Part shown: piece by piece, positions 56,948-64,000 of the stretch
Numbering within the stretch: the first letter of the stretch is position 1
Layout of the letters: every line of letters starts with the position of its first letter
NCBI GenBank assembly: GCA_021821305.1
Contig: JAKACP010000001.1
Location: 748,421 to 812,420, forward strand
Direction: 5' to 3'
DNA: 64,000 bases
Source of the DNA: a bacterium
GTDB lineage: Bacteria > Patescibacteriota > Minisyncoccia > Moranbacterales > UBA1568
The notes under the pieces: generated by a model
Seen by the model: the letters and a program-made list of their open reading frames with translations, nothing else
Told to the model about the DNA's origin: nothing
Databases searched by the model: none
Program-made: the position numbers and the translations under genes

Positions 56948-57185
56948 GAGCCGGTCTAAAATCTCATGTCTTGGGAAAAGTCACTGATTTCGAGCGAAAA
57001 TCTTGAAAAGTGAGGAGGACTATCATGATAATCCGACGAGCTTTGAAAGGTTTGCAGCCGAAATCAGGGACTTTTACCAGACAAGCGAAGTTTTTTCCTT
57101 TACAAATGCGGTGAGATTTTAGACAGGCTCTAAGAAAAAAACCCGTTCTCTATCGAGAACGGGTTCATGATTTCCGCCGCCACAT

Positions 57186-57566
57186 TCAGGAGGCGATTTT
57201 TATCTCCCGCATGAAGCTGTCCCATCGGGAGGAGCCTTTCTCACGGAATCGGACCGCCGTATAGAAACTGGCGACGCCGTCCCCCGGGATGAAGAGGCAT
57301 GGGTACGCTCCCATCTTCGGGCTTTCGAGACGGAGCATGTCCCCTGACTCGCTGTATGGGATATCTTCCTGCCAAAGGAAGCGTTTGACGCGCTCCGCGA
57401 TGTCCTCGGCGGTGCGCCACGGGAACTCGATCCGATACTCGATGATGCCCGCGGCCCGCATGATCACCTTGCGTACCCCTGGCAGGAGCGTTATCTCGCG
57501 GATTCCCAGTACGAATCGGGCGAATCGGGCGATCGTTTCGGAAAAACGTTTCGGAAAAGCCTTCAT
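57186..57566 (-). CDS. Hypothetical protein (126 aa)
   Basis: SD GAAAGGAG; terminator hairpin at about 57140-57165 downstream. Confidence 0.75.
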   Translation of the reverse strand: MKAFPKRFSETIARFARFVLGIREITLLPGVRKVIMRAAGIIEYRIEFPWRTAEDIAERVKRFLWQEDIPYSESGDMLRLESPKMGAYPCLFIPGDGVASFYTAVRFREKGSSRWDSFMREIKIAS

Positions 57567-57640
57567 GATGGTACTCCTTTCAAAAGAACTCTACCCCAAG
57601 AAAAGCACCGGGAAGGCCATCTGTCAAACCTCCATGAAAT

Positions 57641-57743
57641 TTGACATTGCATAGTGGTTGGAGTAGATTGTACTCAATGGAAAAGATCACCTCACATCCG
57701 AAGTGTCCGAAAGCGTGAAACCCGACGTCGAGTCGGGTTTTTT
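57641..57743 (+). promoter_or_regulatory. Promoter, 13-codon leader ORF and terminator (attenuator-like)
   Basis: TTGACA-17-TAGATT; ATG at 57677, MEKITSHPKCPKA, stop 57718; AAACCCGAC-GTCGA-GTCGGGTTT-TTT. Confidence 0.6.
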
Positions 57744-57782
57744 CTTGTTCATTTCCAACCTGCCACCGAAAGGAGAATCATC

Positions 57783-58046
57783 ATGAACGCAACCGTCGCC
57801 TCCCTGTTCCACCGGGACGAGGATATCCCGCTTTGCCCACGGATGGTCGGACTCACCCGATCGGATCCCAAGGCATACCTCTGTGACATACCGGCCGATC
57901 TGCGCAAGCAGTTTCTCGGAAACACCCCGTGCTCCGCCCATGCGGGATGTGTCCCGAGAGAACGGGACCCCGAAGCCGTGCAGAACGCACAGCTCGATGG
58001 GGTCTATCGGATGTACCACCTTCGTACCCCGCACGGAACGAAGTGA
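57783..58046 (+). CDS. Small Cys/His-containing protein (87 aa)
   Basis: SD GAAAGGAG; four Cys; terminator at about 58049-58085. Confidence 0.75.
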   Translation: MNATVASLFHRDEDIPLCPRMVGLTRSDPKAYLCDIPADLRKQFLGNTPCSAHAGCVPRERDPEAVQNAQLDGVYRMYHLRTPHGTK

Positions 58047-58126
58047 AAGCCCCATCGGACAGAACTGTCCGGGGGCCTTTTTTTCTTTCCCGGCCACGAC
58101 GCACGATCCCGGAGCTCCGGAACGTA

Positions 58127-59383
58127 TCACGCCAGAAAACCGACCCGCTCCCTCACCTGCCGCATCTTGTCGCTTGCGACGGCGCGGGCCTTTTCTGCGC
58201 CGGCACGGAGGACGCTCATCGCCTCCTCGTCGGAGATACTGGACATCTTCGCCTGGAAACCAGCAAGAAACGACGCGACGACTTCGGCCAAGTCGCGCTT
58301 GAAATCGGCATACCCCTTCCCCGCATACAGGGAAACGATCTCCTCCGGCGTCTTCCCGTCGAGGAGCGAATAGATGGTGATGAGATTCCTGAGCGCGGGC
58401 TTGTCATCCTGATAGGCGATTTCGGTCCCGCTGTCCGTCACGGCTTTCATGATCTTCTTTCTCGCCTGCTCGGGATCGTCGGAGAGCGCGATGTAGTTGT
58501 ACTCGCTCGCCGCGGATTTGGACATCTTCTTGGTCGGGTCGTCGAGCCCCATGATCCGTGCGCCTTCTTTCATCACGCGCGGCTCGGGCACGACAAACGT
58601 CTCGCCGAAGCGGTCATTGAACCGCCGCGCGAGCGTACGGGTCAGCTCCACGTGCTGGACCTGATCGTCCCCCACTGGCACGACCGCCGCACCATAGAGC
58701 AGGATATCCGCCGCCATGAGCACGGGGTAGTCGAAGAGCCCAACGCCGATAGTTTCCCGCTGATCTTTGTATAGATCCTCCATCTTTACAAAGAGTGAAA
58801 CAATGGAACCTAAAGCCTGCATCGAACTCGTATATTGTTTTCTAAAATTCCCTTCATGGACAGACAAATCTAACAAAATAGAAGCGCCATTATCTGAATT
58901 TTTTGTCTCTAGCCACTCCCTAAGCTTAGAGTAGGATTCTTCCACTTTTTGATACAATCTATCATTCTCTCCTCTGGCAGAATTCAAACTATCTACCGAA
59001 GATTTTATAAACTCGTCTTTATCTCTTCGAAGAGAACTAAGCCCCGCCTTATCCTTAAACTGCGTCATCTTCTCAAGGTCTCCGAGGCGTGCCACGGTAT
59101 TGAGTATCCACATGAGCTCGGTATGCTCCGGGACATGCGATTGGACGAAGAGCGTCGCCTTGGACGGATCTATCCCCGCGGCGAGGTAAACCTTCGCGAT
59201 CTCGAGCGTCTTCCTGCGAAGTTCGGCCGGATCCTGAGGCACGGTGATCGCGTGGAGGTCGACCACGGAAAAGAACGCCTCACACTCGTCCTGGAGCGGG
59301 ATCCACTGCCGGATGGCGCCGAGATAGTTGCCGAGATGGAGGTTGCCCGAGGGCTGGATACCGGAAAACAGTCGCTTGTTCAT
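58127..59383 (-). CDS. trpS: Tryptophan-tRNA ligase with a ~92-aa insertion
   Basis: FSGIQPSG.LHLGNY, MTQFKDK, YPVLMAADILLY, VPVGDDQ, KMSKS. Confidence 0.96.
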   Translation of the reverse strand: MNKRLFSGIQPSGNLHLGNYLGAIRQWIPLQDECEAFFSVVDLHAITVPQDPAELRRKTLEIAKVYLAAGIDPSKATLFVQSHVPEHTELMWILNTVARLGDLEKMTQFKDKAGLSSLRRDKDEFIKSSVDSLNSARGENDRLYQKVEESYSKLREWLETKNSDNGASILLDLSVHEGNFRKQYTSSMQALGSIVSLFVKMEDLYKDQRETIGVGLFDYPVLMAADILLYGAAVVPVGDDQVQHVELTRTLARRFNDRFGETFVVPEPRVMKEGARIMGLDDPTKKMSKSAASEYNYIALSDDPEQARKKIMKAVTDSGTEIAYQDDKPALRNLITIYSLLDGKTPEEIVSLYAGKGYADFKRDLAEVVASFLAGFQAKMSSISDEEAMSVLRAGAEKARAVASDKMRQVRERVGFLA

Positions 59384-59474
59384 AGGAAAAACTGAGTAAT
59401 TCGCTTTCATTGTAGCATAAAAAGAAAAAAGGCGCTCCGATGTTTCGGAACGCCCTCGAGGCGGGACAGGAGGA

Positions 59475-59906
59475 TCACGCCATATCGTTTACGGCGAAAC
59501 CATAGCCTCGTTCTTCGATGACTCTGCCCTGTTCGGCGGCCTGTTCACGAACCACCTCGTGGTTCCGAGGAGATTTCTTGAGGTGGAGGATGGGACGACC
59601 GAAGCGGCCCATGTCCGGCAGCATGCCCGAGAGGACGGTGCGCGTCTCCCGTTCGGTCCCGTCCGGGCTCGTGAATTCGACCACGGCATGGGTGCTTGTT
59701 TGGCTTGCGACCCGATACGGCCAACCCCTTTCCACGAGCTCCACGACACCGGGCTTCGCGATCCTTTGTTTCTCCGGTTTTCTTGCGGGAGGAGGAGCGA
59801 CGGACACGGCGCGAGCCCGGTGGACGGGCTCCTGTTTTGATTTTGGTTTTTCGGACGAATGGAGTGTCCCGATACCGAGGTGCGGTGCGAAAATTTTCCG
59901 TGTCAT
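59475..59906 (-). CDS. Hypothetical protein (143 aa)
   Basis: SD AAGGAG before MTRKIF; promoter TTGACG-17-TATAAT at about 59991-60019. Confidence 0.7.
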   Translation of the reverse strand: MTRKIFAPHLGIGTLHSSEKPKSKQEPVHRARAVSVAPPPARKPEKQRIAKPGVVELVERGWPYRVASQTSTHAVVEFTSPDGTERETRTVLSGMLPDMGRFGRPILHLKKSPRNHEVVREQAAEQGRVIEERGYGFAVNDMA

Positions 59907-60250
59907 CTTGCTCTCCTTGCCGAAAATCCCCATGATTTCCGGACTGTACGAAGTGTGCGCATGGGGCGCGTCTGAAAGAACATAAAGTACATTATACATC
60001 TTTTTTCCCATTCCGTCAAGAGTCAAGACGAAAAACAGGCCCGAATGGACCTGCTTTTCAAAAAAGAATTCAAGAATCCTTCCGTATCGGCGAAGTTTTT
60101 CGGAGCGACCGGCTGTCTGAGCCGTCGTTCCGTTCTCGAAAAATAGCCTCGGGATGCCGTCGAATGAGGGATATTTTTCGTAGGAACGGAAGACGTCGAG
60201 TTTCGGTCGGAGGAAAAACTTGTGCCGATACGGAAGGAGACGGCTTCTCG

Positions 60251-62443
60251 CTAAACTTCGACGACCACCGGGAGGATCATCGGACGACGCTCCGTCTTGG
60301 TGAAGAGGAACTGTCCGATCGAGTCGCGGATCTCGTTGCGGATGAGATCCCAGTCGAGGGACGTCTCCTCCGAGGTATTCTTCTTGATGATGTCCTGCAC
60401 CTTGCGCTTGGTCTCGTTCACGAGGTCGAAATTTTCCTTGACGTGGATGAATCCGCGCGAAGTGATCTGGATATTCCCGATGACCTTCTTCTTCCGGCCG
60501 TCGACGACGACCGTGACGATCACCATGCCGTCGGCGGCGAGCATCTGCCGATCGCGGAGCACGACGTGCCCCACGTCGCCGATCCCGAGTCCGTCGACGA
60601 ACACATAGCTCGTATCGGCCTTCTCCTTGAGGATGTGCGGATGGACGCTCCGGTCCTTCGGTATCTCGAGAACATGGCCATTGTCGAGGACGAAGACGTT
60701 CTGCTCGGGATAGCCGAGTCGGTAGGCGATCTTGGCCGCTTCCTTGATGAAGAAGTGGTTCGCGTACACCGGCATGACGTAGTCGGCCTTGGCCTGGCGG
60801 ATGATCTCCTCGATCTCGAAGATGGTCCCGTGACCGCCGATGTGAATCTCCATGACCTCGCTGTGGATCACGTGGTCGCACTTTCGGTAGAGGTTGTCCT
60901 TGAGCCGCTGGATCGTGCGCTCGTTCCCCGGAATGACCGACGACGAGAAGACGATGGTGTCGCTCTTCTGCAGTTTGACGAAGCGATGATTGTCGGTGAC
61001 GATCCGCGAGAGCGCGGCGTTGGACTCGCCCTGCGCGCCCGTGCAGATGAGGACGAGCTCCTTGTCCGGGTACTTGTGCATGTCGTTCACCGTGATGAGC
61101 GTCTCCGGCTTGACCTTGAGGTAGCCGAGCTCCTTGGCGACCTCGATGTTCATCTTCATGCTGTAGCCCTCGAGCGCGACCTTCTTGCCGGCCTGCTCCG
61201 CGTACTCGATGAGATACGTGATGCGGCGGATCTGCGAGGCGAACGTACCGATGATGACGCGGCCGGGGGCGCTCCGGATGAGTTCCTGGAGATTGCGATG
61301 CACTTCCTGTTCCGACGGCGGCAGACCCTTCTTGAGGGCGCCGAGACTCTCGATCATGAGGAGCGTCGGACGCGGGAGCTCCTGGAGATGCTTGTAGGAG
61401 ATCTCCTCTTTCCGACTCTCGAGCGGTTCGTTGGATATCATCCAGTCACCCATATGGATGATGGATCCGGACGGCGTCACGAGCGCGATGCCCATCGAGT
61501 CCATGATCGAGTGTTCCACCTCGAAGAAGCGGACTTCGAACACGCCGAGCTTGAGCCGGTCGTCCACCGATTTGACGCGGATGGTCTTGAGGTACTTGGT
61601 ATCGCCCTTGTACTGGTCCTCGACCTTCCGTTTGATGAGCGCGAGCGTGAAATCACGGCTCACCACCACCGGGTACTTGAGCTGTTTGAGCAGGATCGGG
61701 GCGGCGCCGATATGGTCGAGGTGTCCGTGCGTGAACACGACGCCCCGGATACGGTCTTCCTTCCCCTTGAGATAGTCGACGTTCGGCACGATATAGTCGA
61801 TGCCGGGCATGTCTTCCTCGGGGAACTGCACGCCCATGTCGATGATGACGATATCGTTGCCGTATTCGAACACGGTCATGTTGCGGCCGACTTCCTCCTG
61901 TCCGCCGAGCGGGATGATGCGGAGCGTATCCTGGGGGATCGGCGGCACGGCGCGACTCCCTTCACGCCGGGCGTCCACGTTACGGCGCGATTCCGGAGTG
62001 ACGAACGCTTCCGGACGACGGCCACGGCCGCCGCGACGCCCGCCGGAAGACGGACGGGATGATTTCTTGGCGGCCGGTTTCTGCCCGGACGCCGGGACAG
62101 CGGTTCCCGGTTCCACTCTGGGCTTTCCCTCGGTATGCCGAGGATGCCTTTGCTGAAGGCCCGCGGGCTTGCCCTGGGGACTCCTCTGGGTACGGTCGCC
62201 ATACGGCCGTCGGTCCTGCTTCGGCGCTCCGCGCTCCGGCTTGTACGCCTGGCTTCGCGCGACGACGCCTTCGAGCGCCCCCACCGAGAGCGCGCTCTTG
62301 AGTCCGGCGGAGAGCACGTCTCCTCCGGTCGTTTTCCGGGAATCGCCCTCATTCCGAGGAATGGGAGCGGGGCCGCCCGGCCGGTTGGTGTTGCGGTCTC
62401 CCCGTTTCGGGAAATACCGTCTTTTTTTCTGTGATTCGATCAT
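60251..62443 (-). CDS. rnj: Ribonuclease J with long disordered N-terminal extension
   Basis: PLGGQEEVGRNM, THGHLDHIG, TGAQGE, IPGNE, RRPMILPVV. Confidence 0.95.
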   Translation of the reverse strand: MIESQKKRRYFPKRGDRNTNRPGGPAPIPRNEGDSRKTTGGDVLSAGLKSALSVGALEGVVARSQAYKPERGAPKQDRRPYGDRTQRSPQGKPAGLQQRHPRHTEGKPRVEPGTAVPASGQKPAAKKSSRPSSGGRRGGRGRRPEAFVTPESRRNVDARREGSRAVPPIPQDTLRIIPLGGQEEVGRNMTVFEYGNDIVIIDMGVQFPEEDMPGIDYIVPNVDYLKGKEDRIRGVVFTHGHLDHIGAAPILLKQLKYPVVVSRDFTLALIKRKVEDQYKGDTKYLKTIRVKSVDDRLKLGVFEVRFFEVEHSIMDSMGIALVTPSGSIIHMGDWMISNEPLESRKEEISYKHLQELPRPTLLMIESLGALKKGLPPSEQEVHRNLQELIRSAPGRVIIGTFASQIRRITYLIEYAEQAGKKVALEGYSMKMNIEVAKELGYLKVKPETLITVNDMHKYPDKELVLICTGAQGESNAALSRIVTDNHRFVKLQKSDTIVFSSSVIPGNERTIQRLKDNLYRKCDHVIHSEVMEIHIGGHGTIFEIEEIIRQAKADYVMPVYANHFFIKEAAKIAYRLGYPEQNVFVLDNGHVLEIPKDRSVHPHILKEKADTSYVFVDGLGIGDVGHVVLRDRQMLAADGMVIVTVVVDGRKKKVIGNIQITSRGFIHVKENFDLVNETKRKVQDIIKKNTSEETSLDWDLIRNEIRDSIGQFLFTKTERRPMILPVVVEV

Positions 62444-62611
62444 AACGTTATTACACTGTGCGATAAAAATAATTTGCTATACGGAACGCATCGTCCGGAC
62501 GGCGCGACTGCGCCGCCCTGTCGGACGGACATCGTCCCGAAAGAAGTAACACGGAAAGCCTTTTCTCGTCGACCGGGAAAATTCCCTCAAAAAGAGACCG
62601 TGAACATCGTG

Positions 62612-62695
62612 TGCCGAAGGGGAGACTCGAACTCCCATGCCCTTGCGAGCGCAGCGCCCTGAACGCTGTGTGTCTACCAATTCCACCACTTCGGC
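62612..62695 (-). tRNA. tRNA-Leu(CAG)
   Basis: Cloverleaf with long variable arm, CAGCG-TTCAGGG-CGCTG. Confidence 0.95.
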
Positions 62696-62744
62696 CTCTG
62701 AAGAAACTCCGATCTCCGATCGGAAACAAGGATCTATGAAGAGA

Positions 62745-63764
62745 TTACGCCAGCAATTTTTTCAGCCGTTCCACCATCTCGACGGGTGTCGGATCGATAC
62801 CGTATCGGAGCGCGAGATGATAGGACGCGAAGTCGGCGAGCAGGATGCTCCCGAAGATCTTCCCGAACACGTCATCACTCTCCATGTCGATGATATCGAC
62901 CGTGATGCCTTTCTCGCGAAGGAGTCCGGCGGTCGCCTCGAACCGTGCCAGGTTCTTGGGATGATCCGACGGATCGCGGAGCATGACGACGGCGAACTGC
63001 GCCTGCGGATTCGTGAAGCCCACCATTTCGTTGTGGTTGAGCTCCGGGAAGAAATTCCAGAAAGCGGGCGTCTTGGCGTTTTCGTTCAACTTGATCTTCC
63101 ACACCATCGCCACCGCCTTGTACTTCACCGAAGCATACACGACCGGCGTCTTTCCCGCAAGGGTCGCGGCGATTTCCTTGCCCCGCGCCTCGGCGTCCTC
63201 CATTCCTGTCGAAAGGCGATCCGCCGCCGCGAGCACCTCCGCGCGCGCGTCGGGAATGAGTCCGTGATTCGCCAGGATCGCGAAGAGCGCACCGAAGAAA
63301 TAACCCGTTCCGATGCGTGGCTGGAAATCCGGGGACGGCATCGGAAGCTTCACGTGCGGTGTCCCGGTTTCCCGGCATCGCTCTTCCAGTTTCCCGCCGG
63401 CGGACAATCCGACCGTCGGGAGACCGGCGGCGATCCCCTCCTCGAACGCGGCTATCGTCTCCTCGGTGTTCCCCGAGTAGGAGCAGACGAGATTGAGACA
63501 GCGATCGAAACTCTCGGGCGGCAGACCGTAGAACCGGTTCTGGAATACTGGGAGCGGCTTCCGGCCGTCCTTGCGAAACAGATCGTTGAGGTAGATGCGG
63601 AAGAGGTTGCCCGGAAGCGCCGAACCGCCCATCCCCGAAATCATGATCTTGTCGAAATCACCCTCGACACGGATGCCGTCGGCGAGCTCCATGCCGGTCC
63701 GGAACTGCGCCGGGCTGTCGATGATCATCTGCCGGAAATTCGACGGGTCCTGTTCGTTTCGCAT
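62745..63764 (-). CDS. Bifunctional phosphoglucose/phosphomannose isomerase (SIS fold)
   Basis: GMGGSAL, SYSGNTEET, QPR, NENAK, PELNHNE. Confidence 0.93.
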   Translation of the reverse strand: MRNEQDPSNFRQMIIDSPAQFRTGMELADGIRVEGDFDKIMISGMGGSALPGNLFRIYLNDLFRKDGRKPLPVFQNRFYGLPPESFDRCLNLVCSYSGNTEETIAAFEEGIAAGLPTVGLSAGGKLEERCRETGTPHVKLPMPSPDFQPRIGTGYFFGALFAILANHGLIPDARAEVLAAADRLSTGMEDAEARGKEIAATLAGKTPVVYASVKYKAVAMVWKIKLNENAKTPAFWNFFPELNHNEMVGFTNPQAQFAVVMLRDPSDHPKNLARFEATAGLLREKGITVDIIDMESDDVFGKIFGSILLADFASYHLALRYGIDPTPVEMVERLKKLLA

Positions 63765-63785
63765 ATGCGTTTCTTGGTTTCGGAA

Positions 63786-64000
63786 TTATTTCTTGAAGAT
63801 CCGTTTCGTCTCGATATAGCGGTTCCGGAGATCCGAAAGCCGATACGAGGCGTTGTTGGCGATCGATACGTTCACCCCTTGGACCTCGTCCACCATCACG
63901 TACGAGACATCGGGACTGTAGAGGAACACGGCCGGGTCCTTGTCGGCGAGGATGGTGAGGAGCGAGCCGAGAAGCTCGCGACGCGGATCCGCCTCCGATT
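63786..64000 (-). CDS. Partial (C-terminus) peptide ABC transporter substrate-binding protein
   Basis: Manual translation: ...RRELLGSLLTILADKDPAVFLYSPDVSYVMVDEVQGV...RYIETKRIFKK*. Confidence 0.7.
   Translation of the reverse strand, partial: SEADPRRELLGSLLTILADKDPAVFLYSPDVSYVMVDEVQGVNVSIANNASYRLSDLRNRYIETKRIFKK

Noticed and set aside
58766-59041. trpS insertion as an intein or homing endonuclease
   Set aside because: No C-terminal His-Asn, no recognisable splicing blocks or LAGLIDADG/HNH motif; kept as an unexplained insertion
59907-60881. N-terminal part of the 468-aa ORF 59475-60881
   Set aside because: Overlaps rnj in another frame and runs through a promoter; only the SD-led 3' part is credible

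Overview
A GC-rich, gene-dense chromosomal segment whose gene content and protein styles point to a Patescibacteria (CPR, Parcubacteria/Moranbacteria-like) genome; this assignment is inferred, not proven. Core content: two uvrA paralogs, uvrB, a short uvrC, thyA, PIF1-like and DEAD-box helicases, nth, sulP, dprA-topA, pyk, a Zur-ZnuACB operon, a short rel, glycosyltransferases, rmuC, a PilB/GspE ATPase, groEL with a CIRCE element, ychF, a phosphomannomutase, trpS, rnj, pgi/pmi and six tRNAs. I saw no CRISPR array, transposase, integrase or prophage. Most notable unexplained signals: (1) an apparently stand-alone ~107-nt structured RNA with its own consensus promoter and terminator (18859-18965); (2) a recurring leader design in front of dispersed orphan genes, thyA and an alternative sigma factor, made of a sigma70 promoter, a hairpin plus U-run, a boxA-like motif and a strong Shine-Dalgarno, while housekeeping genes mostly lack an SD; (3) an AT-rich GIY-YIG gene bounded by 12-bp inverted repeats, with a gene-less copy of similar ends elsewhere; (4) a 92-codon AT-rich in-frame insertion in trpS; (5) families of 7-nt-periodic inverted intergenic repeats; (6) a Gly-rich secreted two-gene operon divergent from a LysM-lytic transglycosylase; (7) a PilX-like pilin carrying a phage tail-fibre-like C-terminal domain. 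All calls were made by eye from the sequence and ORF track; no searches were run.
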